Positions 1 through 18,000 of a stretch of DNA of 64,000 nucleotides are shown here, one piece after another; the first letter of the stretch is position 1; every line of letters begins with the position of its first letter. The DNA is from Eledone cirrhosa (Eukaryota): assembly GCA_964016885.1 (NCBI GenBank), contig OZ024747.1:42780001-42844000 (forward strand), read 5' to 3'. The position numbers and the translations under genes are program-made. The notes beneath the pieces are model-generated. The model was not told where the DNA came from. It was given only the letters and a program-made list of their open reading frames with translations, and ran no database searches.

Positions 1-3000
1 ATGATGTAACAATAGTAACTGTCATGATGTGACAATAGTAACTGTCATGATGTAACAATAGTAAATGTCATGATGTGACAGTAGTAACTGTCATGATGTG
101 ACAATAGTAACTGTTATGATGTGACAATAGTAACTGTCATGATGTGACAATAGTAACTGTCATGATGTGACAATAGTAACTGTCATGATGTGACAATAGT
201 AACTGTCATGATGTGACAATAGTAACTGTTATGATGTGACAATAGTAACTGTCATGATGTGACAATAGTAACTGTTATGATGTGACAATAGTAACTGTTA
301 TGATGTGACAATAGTAACTGTCATGATGTGACAATAGTAACTGTCATGATGTGACAATAGTGACTGTCATGATGTGACAATAGTAACAGTCATGATGTGA
401 CAATAGTAACTGTCATGATGTGACAATAGTAACTGTCATGATGTGACAATAGTAACTGTCATGATGTGACAATAGTAACTGTCATGATGTGACAATAGTA
501 ACTATTATGAGGTGACAATAGTAAATGCCATGATGTGACAATAGTAACTGTCATGATGTGACAATAGTAACTGTCATGATGTGACAATAGTAACTGTCAT
601 GATGTGACAATAGTAACTGTCATGATGTGACAATAGTAACTGTCATGATGTGACAATAGTAACTGTCATGATGTGACAATAGTAACTATCATGATGTGAC
701 AATAGTAAATGTTATGATGTGACAATAGTAAATGTTATGATGTGACAATAGTAACGGTCAATGATGTGACAATAGTAACTGTCATGATGTGACAATAGTA
801 ACTGTTATGATGTGACAATAGTAACTGTCATGATGTGACAATAGTAACTGTTATGATGTGACAATAGTAACTGTCATGATGTGACAATAGTAACTGTCAT
901 GATGTGACAATAGTAACTGTCATGATGTGACAATAGTAACTGTCATGATGTGACAATAGTAACTGTCATGATGTAACAATAGTAAATGTCATGATGTGAC
1001 AATAGTAACTGTTATGATGTGACAACAGTAACTGTCATGATGTGACAATAGTAACTGTTATGATGGGACAATAGTAACTGTCATGATGTGACAATAGTAA
1101 CTGTCATGATGTGACAATAGTAACTGTCATGATGTAACAATAGTAACTGTCATGATGTGACAATAGTAAATGTCATGATGTAACAATAGTAACTGTCATG
1201 ATGTGACAATAGTAACTATCATGATGTGACAATAGTAACTGTCATGATGTGACAATAGTAACTGTCATGATGTGACAATAGTAACTGTCATGATGTGACA
1301 ATAGTAAATGTCATGATGTGACAATAGTAACTGTCATGATGTGACAATAGTAACTGTCATGATGTGACAATGGTAAATGATATGATGTGACAATAGTAAC
1401 TGTCATGATGTGACAATAGTAACTGTCATGATGTGACAATAGTAACTGTCATGATGTGACAATAGTAACTATCATGATGTGACAATAGTAAATGTTATGA
1501 TGTGACAATAGTAAATGTTATGATGAGACAATAGTAACGGTCATGATGTGACAATAGTAACTGTCATGATGTGACAATAGTAACTGTTATGATGTGACAA
1601 TAGTAACTGTCATGATGTGACAATAGTAACTGTTATGATGTGACAATAGTAACTGTCATGATGTGACAATAGTAACTGTCATGATGTGACAATAGTAACT
1701 GTCATGATGTAACAATAGTAAATGTCATGATGTAACAATAATAAATGTTATGATGTAACAATAGTAACTGTCATGATGTGACAATAGTAACTGTCATGAT
1801 GTAACAATAGTAAATGTCATGATGTGACAGTAGTAACTGTCATGATGTGACAATAGTAACTGTTATGATGTGACAATAGTAACTGTCATGATGTGACAAT
1901 AGTAACTGTCATGATGTGACAATAGTAACTGTCATGATGTGACAATAGTAACTGTCATGATGTGACAATAGTAACTGTTATGATGTGACAATAGTAACTG
2001 TCATGATGTGACAATAGTAACTGTTATGATGTGACAATAGTAACTGTTATGATGTGACAATAGTAACTGTCATGATGTGACAATAGTAACTGTCATGATG
2101 TGACAATAGTGACTGTCATGATGTGACAATAGTAACAGTCATGATGTGACAATAGTAACTGTCATGATGTGACAATAGTAACTGTCATGATGTGACAATA
2201 GTAACTGTCATGATGTGACAATAGTAACTGTCATGATGTGACAATAGTAACTATTATGAGGTGACAATAGTAAATGCCATGATGTGACAATAGTAACTGT
2301 CATGATGTGACAATAGTAACTGTCATGATGTGACAATAGTAACTGTCATGATGTGACAATAGTAACTGTCATGATGTGACAATAGTAACTGTCATGATGT
2401 GACAATAGTAACTGTCATGATGTGACAATAGTAACTATCATGATGTGACAATAGTAAATGTTATGATGTGACAATAGTAAATGTTATGATGTGACAATAG
2501 TAACGGTCAATGATGTGACAATAGTAACTGTCATGATGTGACAATAGTAACTGTTATGATGTGACAATAGTAACTGTCATGATGTGACAATAGTAACTGT
2601 TATGATGTGACAATAGTAACTGTCATGATGTGACAATAGTAACTGTCATGATGTGACAATAGTAACTGTCATGATGTGACAATAGTAACTGTCATGATGT
2701 GACAATAGTAACTGTCATGATGTAACAATAGTAAATGTCATGATGTGACAATAGTAACTGTTATGATGTGACAACAGTAACTGTCATGATGTGACAATAG
2801 TAACTGTTATGATGGGACAATAGTAACTGTCATGATGTGACAATAGTAACTGTCATGATGTGACAATAGTAACTGTCATGATGTAACAATAGTAACTGTC
2901 ATGATGTGACAATAGTAAATGTCATGATGTAACAATAGTAAATGTCATGATGTGACAATAGTAACTGTCATGATGTGACAATAGTAAATGTCATGATGTG

Positions 3001-6000
3001 ACAATAGTAACTGTCATGATGTAACAATAGTAAATGTCATGATGTGACAATAGTAACTGTCATGATGTAACAATAGTAAATGTCATGATGTGACAATAGT
3101 AACTGTTATGATGTGACAATAGTAACTGTCATGATGTTACAATAGTAACTGTCATGATGTGACAATAGTAACTGTCATGATGTAACGATAGTAAATGTCA
3201 TGATGTAGCAATAATAAATGTTATGATGTAACAATAGTAACTGTCATGATGTGACAATAGTAACTGTCATGATGTAACAATAGTAAATGTCATGATGTGA
3301 CAGTAGTAACTGTCATGATGTGACAATAGTAACTGTTATGATGTGACAATAGTAACTGTCATGATGTGACAATAGTAACTGTCATGATTTGACAATAGTA
3401 ACTGTCATGATGTGACAATAGTAACTGTCATGATGTGACAATAGTAACTGTTATGATGTGACAATAGTAACTGTCATGATGTGACAATAGTAACTGTTAT
3501 GATGTGACAATAGTAACTGTTATGATGTGACAATAGTAACTGTCATGATGTGACAATAGTAAATGTCATGATGTGACAATAGTAACTGTCATGATGTGAC
3601 AATAGTAACTGTCATGATGTGACAATACTAACTGTCATGATGTGACAATAGTAACTGTCATGATGTGACAATAGTAACTGTTATGAGGTGACAATAGTAA
3701 ATGCCATGATGTGACAATAGTAACTGTCATGATGTGACAATAGTAACTGTCATGATGTGACAATAGTAACTGTCATGATGTGACAATAGCAACTGTCATG
3801 ATGTGACAATAGTAACTATCATGATGTGACAATAGTAAATGTTATGATGTGACAATAGTAAATGTTATGATGTGACAATAGTAACGGTCATGATGTGACA
3901 ATAGTAACTGTCATGATGTGACAATAGTAACTGTTATGATGTGACAATAGTAACTGTCATGATGTGACAATAGTAACTGTTATGATGTGACAATAGTAAC
4001 TGTTATGATGTGACAATAGTAACTGTTATGATGTGACAATAGTAACTGTCATGATGTGACAATAGTAACTGTCATGATGTGACAATAGTAACTTATGATG
4101 TGACAATAGTAAATATCATGATGTGACAATAGTAACTGTCATGATGTGACAATAGTAACTGTCATGATGTGACAATAGTAACTGTCATGATGTGACAATA
4201 GTAACTGTCATGATGTAACAATAGTAAATGTCATGATGTGACAATAGTAACTGTCATGACGTAACAATAGTAAATGTCATGATATGACAATAGTAACTGT
4301 TATGATGTGACAATAGTAACTGTCATGATGTGACAACATTAACTGTCATGATGTGACAATAGTATCTGTCATGATGTGACAATAGTAACTGTCATGATGT
4401 GACAATAGTAACTGTCATGATGTGACAATAGTAACTGTCATGATGTGACAATAGTAACTGTCATGATGTGACAATAGTAACTGTCATGATGTGACAATAG
4501 TAACTGTCATGATGTGACAATAGTAACTGTCATGATGTGACAATAGTAAATGTTATGATGTGACAATAGTAACTGTCATGATGTGACAATAGTAACTGTC
4601 ATGATGTGACAATAGTAACTGTTATGATGTGACAATAGTAACTGTCATGATGTGACAATAGTAACTGTCATGATGTGACAATAGTAACTGTCATGATGTG
4701 ACAATAGTAACTGTCATGATGTGACAATAGTAACTGTCATGATGTGACAATAGTAACTGTCATGATGTGACAATAGTAACTGTCATGATGTGACAATAGT
4801 AACTGTTATGTGACAATAGTAACTGTCATGATGTGACAATAGTAACTGTCATGATGTGACAATAGTAACTGTCATGATGTGACAATAGTAAATGTCATGA
4901 TGTGACAATAGTAACTGTTATGATGTAACAATAGTAACTGTCATGATGTGACAATAGTAACTGTCATGATGTGACAATAGTAACTGTCATGATGTGACAA
5001 TAGTAACTGTCATGATGTGACAATAGTAACTGTCATGATGTGACAATAGTAACTGTCATGATGTGACAATAGTAACTGTCATGATGTGACAATAGTAACT
5101 GTTATGATGTGACAATATTAACTGTCATGATGTGACAATAGTATCTGTCATGATGTGACAATAGTAACTGTCATGATGTGACAATAGTAACTGTCATGAT
5201 GTGACAATAGTAACTGTCATAATGTGACAATAGTAACTGTCATGATGTGACAATAGTAACTGTCATGATGTGACAATAGTAACTGTCATGATGTGACAAT
5301 AGTAACTGTCATGATGTGACAATAGTAACTGTCATGATGTGACAATAGTAAATGTTATGATGTGACAATAGTAACTGTCATGATGTGACAATAGTAACTG
5401 TCATGATGTGACAATAGTAACTGTTATGATGTGACAATAGTAACTGTCATGATGTGACAATAGTAACTGTCATGATGTGACAATAGTAACTGTCATGATG
5501 TGACAATAGTAACTGTCATGATGTGACAATAGTAACTGTCATGATGTGACAATACTAACTGTCATGATGTGACAATAGTAACTGTCATGATGTGACAATA
5601 GTAAATGTCATGATGTGACAATAGTAACTGTCATGATGTGACAATAGTAACTGTCATGATGTGACAATAGTAACTGTCATGATGTGACAAGAGTAACTGT
5701 TATGATGTGACAATAGTATCTGTTATGATGTGACAATAGTAACTGTCATGATGTGACAATAGTAACTGTCATGATGTGACAATAGTAACTGTCATGATGT
5801 GACAATAGTAACTGTCATGATTTGACAATAGTAACTGTCATGATGTGACAATAGTAACTGTTATGATGTGACAATAGTAACCGTCATGATGTGACAATAG
5901 TAACTGTCATGATGTGACAATAGTAACTGTCATGATGTGACAATATTAACTGTCATGATGTGACAATAGTAACTGTTATGATCTGACAATAGTAACTGTC

Positions 6001-9000
6001 ATGATGTGACAATAACTGTTATGATCTGACAATAGTAACTGTCATGATGTGACAATAGTAACTGTCATGATGTGACAATAGTAACTGTCATGATGTGACA
6101 ATAGTAACTATCATGATGTGACAATAGTAACTATCATGATGTGACAATAGTAACTGTCATGATGTGACAATAGTAACTGTCATGATGTGACAATAGTAAC
6201 TGTTATGATGTGACAATAGTAACTGTCATGATGTGTCAATAGTAACTGTCATGATGTGACAATAGTAACTGTCATGATGTGACAGTAGTAACTACCATGA
6301 TGTGACAATGGTAAATGATATGATGTGACAATAGTAACTGTCATGATGTGACAATAGTAACTGTTATGATGTGACAATAGTAACCGTCATGATGTGACAA
6401 TAGTAACTGTCATGATGTGACAATAGTAACTGTCATGATGTTACAATATTAACTGTCATGATGTGACAATAGTAACTGTCATGATGTGACAATAGTAACT
6501 ATCATGATGTGACAATAGTAACTGTCATGATGTGACAATAGTAACGGTCATGATGTGACAATAGTAACTGTCATGATGTGACAATAGTAACTGTTATGAT
6601 GTGACAATAGTAACTGTCATGATGTGACAATAGTAACTGTTATGATGTGACAATAGTAACTGTTATGATGTGACAATAGTAAGTGTCATGATGTGACAAA
6701 AGTAACTTTTATGATGTGACAATAGTAACAGTCATGATGTGATAATAGTAACTGTTATGATGTGACAATAGTAACTGTCATGATGTGACAGTAACTGTCA
6801 TGATGTGACAATAGTAACTGTCATGATGTGACAATAGTAACTATCATGATGTGACAATAGTAAATGTCATGATGTGACAATAGTAACTGTCATGATGTGA
6901 CAATAGTAACTGTTATGATGTGACAATAGTAACTGTTATGATGTGACATTAGTAACTGTTATGATGTGACAATAGTAACTGTCATGATGTGACAATAGTA
7001 AATGTTATGATGTGACAATAGTAACTGTCATGATGTGACAATAGTAACTGTCATGATCTGACAATAGTAACTGTCATGATGTGACAATAGTAACTGTTAT
7101 GATGTGACAATAGTAACTGTCATGATGTGACAATAGTAACTGTCATGATGTGACAATAGTATCTGTCATGATGTGACAATAGTAACTGTCATGATGTGAC
7201 AATAGTAACTGTCATGATGTGACAATAGTAACTGTCATGATGTGACAATAGTAACTGTCATGATGTGACAATAGTAACTGTCATGATGTGACAATAGTAA
7301 CTGTCATGATGTGACAATAGTAACTGTCATGATGTGACAATAGTAAATGTTATGATGTGACAATAGTAACTGTCATGATGTGACAATAGTAACTGTCATG
7401 ATGTGACAATAGTAACTGTTATGATGTGACAATAGTAACTGTCATGATGTGACAATAGTGACTGTCATGATGTGACAATAGTAACTGTCATGATGTGACA
7501 ATAGTAACTGTCATGATGTGACAATAGTAACTGTCATGATGTGACAATAGTAACTGTCATGATGTGACAATAGTAACTGTCATGATGTGACAATAGTAAC
7601 TGTTATGTGACAATAGTAACTGTCATGATGTGACAATAGTAACTGTCATGATGTGACAATAGTAACTGTCATGATGTGACAATAGTAAATGTCATGATGT
7701 GACAATAGTAACTGTTATGATGTAACAATAGTAACTGTCATGATGTGACAATAGTAACTGTCATGATGTGACAATAGTAACTGTCATGATGTGACAATAG
7801 TAACTGTCATGATGTGACAATAGTAACTGTCATGATGTGACAATAGTAACTGTCATGATGTGACAATAGTAACTGTTATGATGTGACAATAGTAACTGTC
7901 ATGATGTGACAATAGTATCTGTCATGATGTGACAATAGTAACTGTCATGATGTGACAATAGTAACTGTCATGATGTGACAATAGTAACTGTCATAATGTG
8001 ACAATAGTAACTGTCATGATGTGACAATAGTAACTGTCATGATGTGACAATAGTAAATGTTATGATGTGACAATAGTAACTGTCATGATGTGACAATAGT
8101 AACTGTCATGATGTGACAATAGTAACTGTTATGATGTGACAATAGTAACTGTCATGATGTGACAATAGTAACTGTCATGATGTGACAATAGTAACTGTCA
8201 TGATGTGACAATAGTAACTGTCATGATGTGACAATAGTAACTGTCATGATGTGACAATACTAACTGTCATGATGTGACAATAGTAACTGTCATGATGTGA
8301 CAATAGTAAATGTCATGATGTGACAATAGTAACTGTCATGATGTGACAATAGTAACTGTCATGATGTGACAATAGTAACTGTCATGATGTGACAAGAGTA
8401 ACTGTTATGATGTGACAATAGTATCTGTTATGATGTGACAATAGTAACTGTCATGATGTGACAATAGTAACTGTCATGATGTGACAATAGTAACTGTCAT
8501 GATGTGACAATAGTAACTGTCATGATTTGACAATAGTAACTGTCATGATGTGACAATAGTAACTGTTATGATGTGACAATAGTAACCGTCATGATGTGAC
8601 AATAGTAACTGTCATGATGTGACAATAGTAACTGTCATGATGTGACAATATTAACTGTCATGATGTGACAATAGTAACTGTTATGATGTGACAATAGTAA
8701 CTGTCATGATGTGACAATAACTGTTATGATGTGACAATAGTAACTGTCATGATGTGACAATAGTAACTGTCATGATGTGACAATAGTAACTGTCATGATG
8801 TGACAATAGTAACTATCATGATGTGACAATAGTAACTATCATGATGTGACAATAGTAACTGTCATGATGTGACAATAGTAACTGTCATGATGTGACAATA
8901 GTAACTGTTATGATGTGACAATAGTAACTGTCATCATGTGTCAATAGTAACTGTCATGATGTGACAATAGTAACTGTCATGATGTGACAGTAGTAACTAC

Positions 9001-12000
9001 CATGATGTGACAATGGTAAATGATATGATGTGACAATAGTAACTGTCATGATGTGACAATAGTAACTGTTATGATGTGACAATAGTAACCGTCATGATGT
9101 GACAATAGTAACTGTCATGATGTGACAATAGTAACTGTCATGATGTTACAATAGTAACTGTCATGATGTGACAATAGTAACTGTCATGATGTGACAATAG
9201 TAACTATCATGATGTGACAATAGTAACTGTCATGATGTGACAATAGTAACGGTCATGATGTGACAATAGTAACTGTCATGATGTGACAATAGTAACTGTT
9301 ATGATGTGACAATAGTAACTGTCATGATGTGACAATAGTAACTGTTATGATGTGACAATAGTAACTGTTATGATGTGACAATAGTAAGTGTCATGATGTG
9401 ACAAAAGTAACTGTTATGATGTGACAATAGTAACAGTCATGATGTGATAATAGTAACTGTTATGATGTGACAATAGTAACTGTCATGATGTGACAATAGT
9501 AACTGTCATGATGTGACAATAGTAACTGTCATGATGTGACAATAGTAACTATCATGATGTGACAATAGTAAATGTCATGATGTGACAATAGTAACTGTCA
9601 TGATGTGACAATAGTAACTGTTATGATGTGACAATAGTAACTGTTATGATGTGACATTAGTAACTGTTATGATGTGACAATAGTAAATGTTATGATGTGA
9701 CAATAGTAAATGTTATGATGTGACAATAGTAACTGTCATGATGTGACAATAGTAACTGTCATGATCTCACAATAGTAACTGTCATGATGTGACAATAGTA
9801 ACTGTCATGATGTGACAATAGTAACTGTCATGATGTGACAATAGTAACTATCATGATGTGACAATAGTAAATGTCATGATGTGACAATAGTAACTGTCAT
9901 GATGTGACAATAGTAACTGTCATGATGTGACAATAGTAACTGTTATGATGTGACAATAGTAACTGTTATGATGTGACAATAGTAACTGTCATGATGTGAC
10001 AATAGTAACTGTCATGATGTGACAATAGTAACTGTCATGATGTGACAATAGTAACTGTTATGATGTGACAATAGTAACTGTTATGATGTGACAATAGTAA
10101 CTGTTATGATGTGACAATAGTAACTGTTATGATGTGACAATAGTAACTGTTATGATGTGACAATAGTAACTGTCATGATGTGACAATAGTAACTATCATG
10201 ATGTGACAATAGTAAATGTCATGATGTGACAATAGTAACTGACATGATGTGACAATAGTAACTGTCATGATGTGACAATAGTAACTGTCATAATGTGACA
10301 ATAGTAACTGTCATGATGTGACAATAGTAACTGTCATGATGTGACAATAGTAACTGTCATGATGTGACAATAGTAACTGTCATGATGTGACAATAGTAAC
10401 TGTCATGATGTGACAATAGTAACTATCATGATGTGACAATAGTAAATGTCATGATGTGACAATAGTAACTGACATGATGTGACAATAGTAACTGTCATGA
10501 TGTGACAATAGTAACTGTCATAATGTGACAATAGTAACTGTCATGATGTGACAAGAGTAACTGTCATGATGTGACAATAGTAACTGTCATGATGTGACAA
10601 TAGTAACTGTCATGATGTGACAATAGTAACTGTCATGATGTGACAATAGTAACTATCATGATGTGACAATAGTAAATGTCATGATGTGACAATAGTAACT
10701 GACATGATGTGACAATAGTAACTGTCATGATGTGACAATAGTAACTGTCATGATGTGACAATAGTAACTGTTATGTGACAATAGTAACTGTCATGATGTG
10801 ACAATAGTAACTGTCATGATGTGACAATAGTAACTGTCATGATGTGACAATAGTAAATGTCATGATGTGACAATAGTAACTGTTATGATGTAACAATAGT
10901 AACTGTCATGATGTGACAATAGTAACTGTCATGATGTGACAATAGTAACTGTCATGATGTGACAATAGTAACTGTCATGATGTGACAATAGTAACTGTCA
11001 TGATGTGACAATAGTAACTGTCATGATGTGACAATAGTAACTGTTATGATGTGACAATAGTAACTGTCATGATGTGACAATAGTATCTGTCATGATGTGA
11101 CAATAGTAACTGTCATGATGTGACAATAGTAACTGTCATGATGTGACAATAGTAACTGTCATAATGTGACAATAGTAACTGTCATGATGTGACAATAGTA
11201 ACTGTCATGATGTGACAATAGTAAATGTTATGATGTGACAATAGTAACTGTCATGATGTGACAATAGTAACTGTCATGATGTGACAATAGTAACTGTTAT
11301 GATGTGACAATAGTAACTGTCATGATGTGACAATAGTAACTGTCATGATGTGACAATAGTAACTGTCATGATGTGACAATAGTAACTGTCATGATGTGAC
11401 AATAGTAACTGTCATGATGTGACAATACTAACTGTCATGATGTGACAATAGTAACTGTCATGATGTGACAATAGTAAATGTCATGATGTGACAATAGTAA
11501 CTGTCATGATGTGACAATAGTAACTGTCATGATGTGACAATAGTAACTGTCATGATGTGACAAGAGTAACTGTTATGATGTGACAATAGTATCTGTTATG
11601 ATGTGACAATAGTAACTGTCATGATGTGACAATAGTAACTGTCATGATGTGACAATAGTAACTGTCATGATGTGACAATAGTAACTGTCATGATTTGACA
11701 ATAGTAACTGTCATGATGTGACAATAGTAACTGTTATGATGTGACAATAGTAACCGTCATGATGTGACAATAGTAACTGTCATGATGTGACAATAGTAAC
11801 TGTCATGATGTGACAATATTAACTGTCATGATGTGACAATAGTAACTGTTATGATGTGACAATAGTAACTGTCATGATGTGACAATAACTGTTATGATGT
11901 GACAATAGTAACTGTCATGATGTGACAATAGTAACTGTCATGATGTGACAATAGTAACTGTCATGATGTGACAATAGTAACTATCATGATGTGACAATAG

Positions 12001-15000
12001 TAACTATCATGATGTGACAATAGTAACTGTCATGATGTGACAATAGTAACTGTCATGATGTGACAATAGTAACTGTTATGATGTGACAATAGTAACTGTC
12101 ATCATGTGTCAATAGTAACTGTCATGATGTGACAATAGTAACTGTCATGATGTGACAGTAGTAACTACCATGATGTGACAATGGTAAATGATATGATGTG
12201 ACAATAGTAACTGTCATGATGTGACAATAGTAACTGTTATGATGTGACAATAGTAACCGTCATGATGTGACAATAGTAACTGTCATGATGTGACAATAGT
12301 AACTGTCATGATGTTACAATAGTAACTGTCATGATGTGACAATAGTAACTGTCATGATGTGACAATAGTAACTATCATGATGTGACAATAGTAAATGTCA
12401 TGATGTGACAATAGTAACGGTCATGATGTGACAATAGTAACTGTCATGATGTGACAATAGTAACTGTCATGATGTGACAATAGTAACTGTCATGATGTGA
12501 CAATAGTAACTGTTATGATGTGACAATAGTAACTGTTATGATGTGACAATAGTAAGTGTCATGATGTGACAAAAGTAACTGTTATGATGTGACAATAGTA
12601 ACAGTCATGATGTGATAATAGTAACTGTTATGATGTGACAATAGTAACTGTCATGATGTGACAATAGTAACTGTCATGATGTGACAATAGTAACTGTCAT
12701 GATGTGACAATAGTAACTATCATGATGTGACAATAGTAAATGTCATGATGTGACAATAGTAACTGTCATGATGTGACAATAGTAACTGTTATGATGTGAC
12801 AATAGTAACTGTTATGATGTGACATTAGTAACTGTTATGATGTGACAATAGTAAATGTTATGATGTGACAATAGTAAATGTTATGATGTGACAATAGTAA
12901 CTGTCATGATGTGACAATAGTAACTGTCATGATCTCACAATAGTAACTGTCATGATGTGACAATAGTAACTGTCATGATGTGACAATAGTAACTGTCATG
13001 ATGTGACAATAGTAACTATCATGATGTGACAATAGTAAATGTCATGATGTGACAATAGTAACTGTCATGATGTGACAATAGTAACTGTCATGATGTGACA
13101 ATAGTAACTGTTATGATGTGACAATAGTAACTGTTATGATGTTACAATAGTAACTGTCATGATGTGACAATAGTAACTGTCATGATGTGACAATAGTAAC
13201 TGTCATGATGTGACAATAGTAACTGTTATGATGTGACAATAGTAACTGTTATGATGTGACAATAGTAACTGTTATGATGTGACAATAGTAACTGTTATGA
13301 TGTGACAATAGTAACTGTTATGATGTGACAATAGTAACTGTCATGATGTGACAATAGTAACTATCATGATGTGACAATAGTAAATGTCATGATGTGACAA
13401 TAGTAACTGACATGATGTGACAATAGTAACTGTCATGATGTGACAATAGTAACTGTCATAATGTGACAATAGTAACTGTCATGATGTGACAATAGTAACT
13501 GTCATGATGTGACAATAGTAACTGTCATGATGTGACAATAGTAACTGTCATGATGTGACAATAGTAACTGTCATGATGTGACAATAGTAACTATCATGAT
13601 GTGACAATAGTAAATGTCATGATGTGACAATAGTAACTGACATGATGTGACAATAGTAACTGTCATGATGTGACAATAGTAACTGTCATAATGTGACAAT
13701 AGTAACTGTCATGATGTGACAAGAGTAACTGTCATGATGTGACAATAGTAACTGTCATGATGTGACAATAGTAACTGTCATGATGTGACAATAGTAACTG
13801 TCATGATGTGACAATAGTAACTATCATGATGTGACAATAGTAAATATCATGATGTGACAATAGTAACTGACATGATGTGACAATAGTAACTGTCATGATG
13901 TGACAATAGTAACTGTCATAATGTGACAATAGTAACTGTCATGATGTGACAATAGTAACTCATGATGTGACAATAGTAACTATCCTGATGTGATAATAGT
14001 AACTGTCATGATGTGACAATAGTAACTGTCATGATGTGACAATAGTAACTGTCATGATGTGACAATAGTAACTGTCATGATGTGACAATAGTAACTGTCA
14101 TGATGTGACAATAGTAACTGTTATGTGACAATAGTAACTGTCATGATGTGACAATAGTAACTGTCATGATGTGACAATAGTAACTGTCATGATGTGACAA
14201 TAGTAAATGTCATGATGTGACAATAGTAACTGTTATGATGTAACAATAGTAACTGTCATGATGTGACAATAGTAACTGTCATGATGTGACAATAGTAACT
14301 GTCATGATGTGACAATAGTAACTGTCATGATGGGACAATAGTAACTGTCATGATGTGACAATAGTAACTGTCATGATGTGACAATAGTAACTGTCATGAT
14401 GTGACAATAGTAACTGTTATGATGTGACAATAGTAACTGTCATGATGTGACAATAGTATCTGTCATGATGTGACAATAGTAACTGTCATGATGTGACAAT
14501 AGTAACTGTCATGATGTGACAATAGTAACTGTCATAATGTGACAATAGTAACTGTCATGATGTGACAATAGTAACTGTCATGATGTGACAATAGTAACTG
14601 TCATGATGTGACAATAGTAACTGTCATGATGTGACAATAGTAACTGTCATGATGTGACAATAGTAACTGTCATGATGTGACAATAGTAAATGTTATGATG
14701 TGACAATAGTAACTGTCATGATGTGACAATAGTAACTGTCATGATGTGACAATAGTAACTGTTATGATGTGACAATAGTAACTGTCATGATGTGACAATA
14801 GTAACTGTCATGATGTGACAATAGTAACTGTCATGATGTGACAATAGTAACTGTCATGATGTGACAATAGTAACTGTCATGATGTGACAATACTAACTGT
14901 CATGATGTGACAATAGTAACTGTCATGATGTGACAATAGTAACTGTCATGATGTGACAATAGTAAATGTCATGATGTGACAATAGTAACTGTTATGATGT

Positions 15001-18000
15001 AACAATAGTAACTGTCATGATGTGACAATAGTAACTGTCATGATGTGACAATAGTAACTGTCATGATGTGACAATAGTAACTGTCATGATGTGACAATAG
15101 TAACTGTCATGATGTGACAATAGTAACTGTCATGATGTGACAATAGTAACTGTTATGATGTGACAATAGTAACTGTCATGATGTGACAATAGTATCTGTC
15201 ATGATGTGACAATAGTAACTGTCATGATGTGACAATAGTAACTGTCATGATGTGACAATAGTAACTGTCATAATGTGACAATAGTAACTGTCATGATGTG
15301 ACAATAGTAACTGTCATGATGTGACAATAGTAACTGTCATGATGTGACAATACTAACTGTCATGATGTGACAATAGTAACTGTCATGATGTGACAATAGT
15401 AACTATCATGATGTGACAATAGTAACTGTCATGATGTGACAATAGTAACGGTCATGATGTGACAATAGTAACTGTCATGATGTGACAATAGTAACTGTTA
15501 TGATGTGACAATAGTAACTGTCATGATGTGACAATAGTAACTATCATGATGTGACAATAGTAAATGTCATGATGTGACAATAGTAACTGTCATGATGTGA
15601 CAATAGTAACTGTTATGATGTGACAATAGTAACTGTTATGATGTGACATTAGTAACTGTTATGATGTGACAATAGTAAATGTTATGATGTGACAATAGTA
15701 AATGTTATGATGTGACAATAGTAACTGTCATGATGTGACAATAGTAACTGTCATGATCTGACAATAGTAACTGTCATGATGTGACAATAGTAACTGTTAT
15801 GATGTGACAATAGTAACTGTCATGATGTGACAATAGTAACTGTCATGATGTGACAATAGTATCTGTCATGATGTGACAATAGTAACTGTCATGATGTGAC
15901 AATAGTAACTGTCATGATGTGACAATAGTAACTGTCATGATGTGACAATAGTAACTGTCATGATGTGACAATACTAACTGTCATGATGTGACAATAGTAA
16001 CTGTCATGATGTGACAATAGTAACTATCATGATGTGACAATAGTAACTGTCATGATGTGACAATAGTAACGGTCATGATGTGACAATAGTAACTGTCATG
16101 ATGTGACAATAGTAACTGTTATGATGTGACAATAGTAACTGTCATGATGTGACAATAGTAACTATCATGATGTGACAATAGTAAATGTCATGATGTGACA
16201 ATAGTAACTGTCATGATGTGACAATAGTAACTGTTATGATGTGACAATAGTAACTGTTATGATGTGACATTAGTAACTGTTATGATGTGACAATAGTAAA
16301 TGTTATGATGTGACAATAGTAAATGTTATGATGTGACAATAGTAACTGTCATGATGTGACAATAGTAACTGTCATGATCTGACAATAGTAACTGTCATGA
16401 TGTGACAATAGTAACTGTTATGATGTGACAATAGTAACTGTCATGATGTGACAATAGTAACTGTCATGATGTGACAATAGTAACTGTCATGATGTGACAA
16501 TAGTAACTGTCATGATGTGACAATAGTAACTGTCATGATGTGACAATAGTAACTGTCATGATGTGACAATAGTAACTGTCATGATGTGACAATAGTAACT
16601 GTCATGATGTGACAATAGTAACTGTCATGATGTGACAATAGTAACTGTCATGATGTGACAATAGTAAATGTTATGATGTGACAATAGTAACTGTCATGAT
16701 GTGACAATAGTAACTGTCATGATGTGACAATAGTAACTGTTATGATGTGACAATAGTAACTGTCATGATGTGACAATAGTAACTGTCATGATGTGACAAT
16801 AGTAACTGTCATGATGTGACAATAGTAACTGTCATGATGTGACAATAGTAACTGTCATGATGTGACAATAGTAACTGTCATGATGTGACAATAGTAACTG
16901 TCATGATGTGACAATAGTAACTGTTATGTGACAATAGTAACTGTCATGATGTGACAATAGTAACTGTCATGATGTGACAATAGTAACTGTCATGATGTGA
17001 CAATAGTAAATGTCATGATGTGACAATAGTAACTGTTATGATGTAACAATAGTAACTGTCATGATGTGACAATAGTAACTGTCATGATGTGACAATAGTA
17101 ACTGTCATGATGTGACAATAGTAACTGTCATGATGTGACAATAGTAACTGTCATGATGTGACAATAGTAACTGTCATGATGTGACAATAGTAACTGTTAT
17201 GATGTGACAATAGTAACTGTCATGATGTGACAATAGTAACTGTCATGATGTGACAATAGTAACTGTCATGATGTGACAATAGTATCTGTCATGATGTGAC
17301 AATAGTAACTGTCATGATGTGACAATAGTAACTGTCATGATGTGACAATAGTAACTGTCATAATGTGACAATAGTAACTGTCATGATGTGACAATAGTAA
17401 CTGTCATGATGTGACAATAGTAACTGTCATGATGTGACAATAGTAACTGTCATGATGTGACAATAGTAACTGTCATGATGTGACAATAGTAACTGTCATG
17501 ATGTGACAATAGTAACTGTCATGATGTGACAATAGTAACTGTTATGATGTGACAATAGTAACTGTCATGATGTGACAATAGTAACTGTCATGATGTGACA
17601 ATAGTAACTGTCATGATGTGACAATAGTAACTGTCATGATGTGACAATAGTAACTGTCATGATGTGACAATACTAACTGTCATGATGTGACAATAGTAAC
17701 TGTCATGATGTGACAATAGTAAATGTCATGATGTGACAATAGTAACTGTCATGATGTGACAATAGTAACTGTCATGATGTGACAATAGTAACTGTCATGA
17801 TGTGACAAGAGTAACTGTTATGATGTGACAATAGTATCTGTTATGATGTGACAATAGTAACTGTCATGATGTGACAATAGTAACTGTCATGATGTGACAA
17901 TAGTAACTGTCATGATGTGACAATAGTAACTGTCATGATATGACAATAGTAACTGTCATGATTTGACAATAGTAACTGTCATGATGTGACAATAGTAACT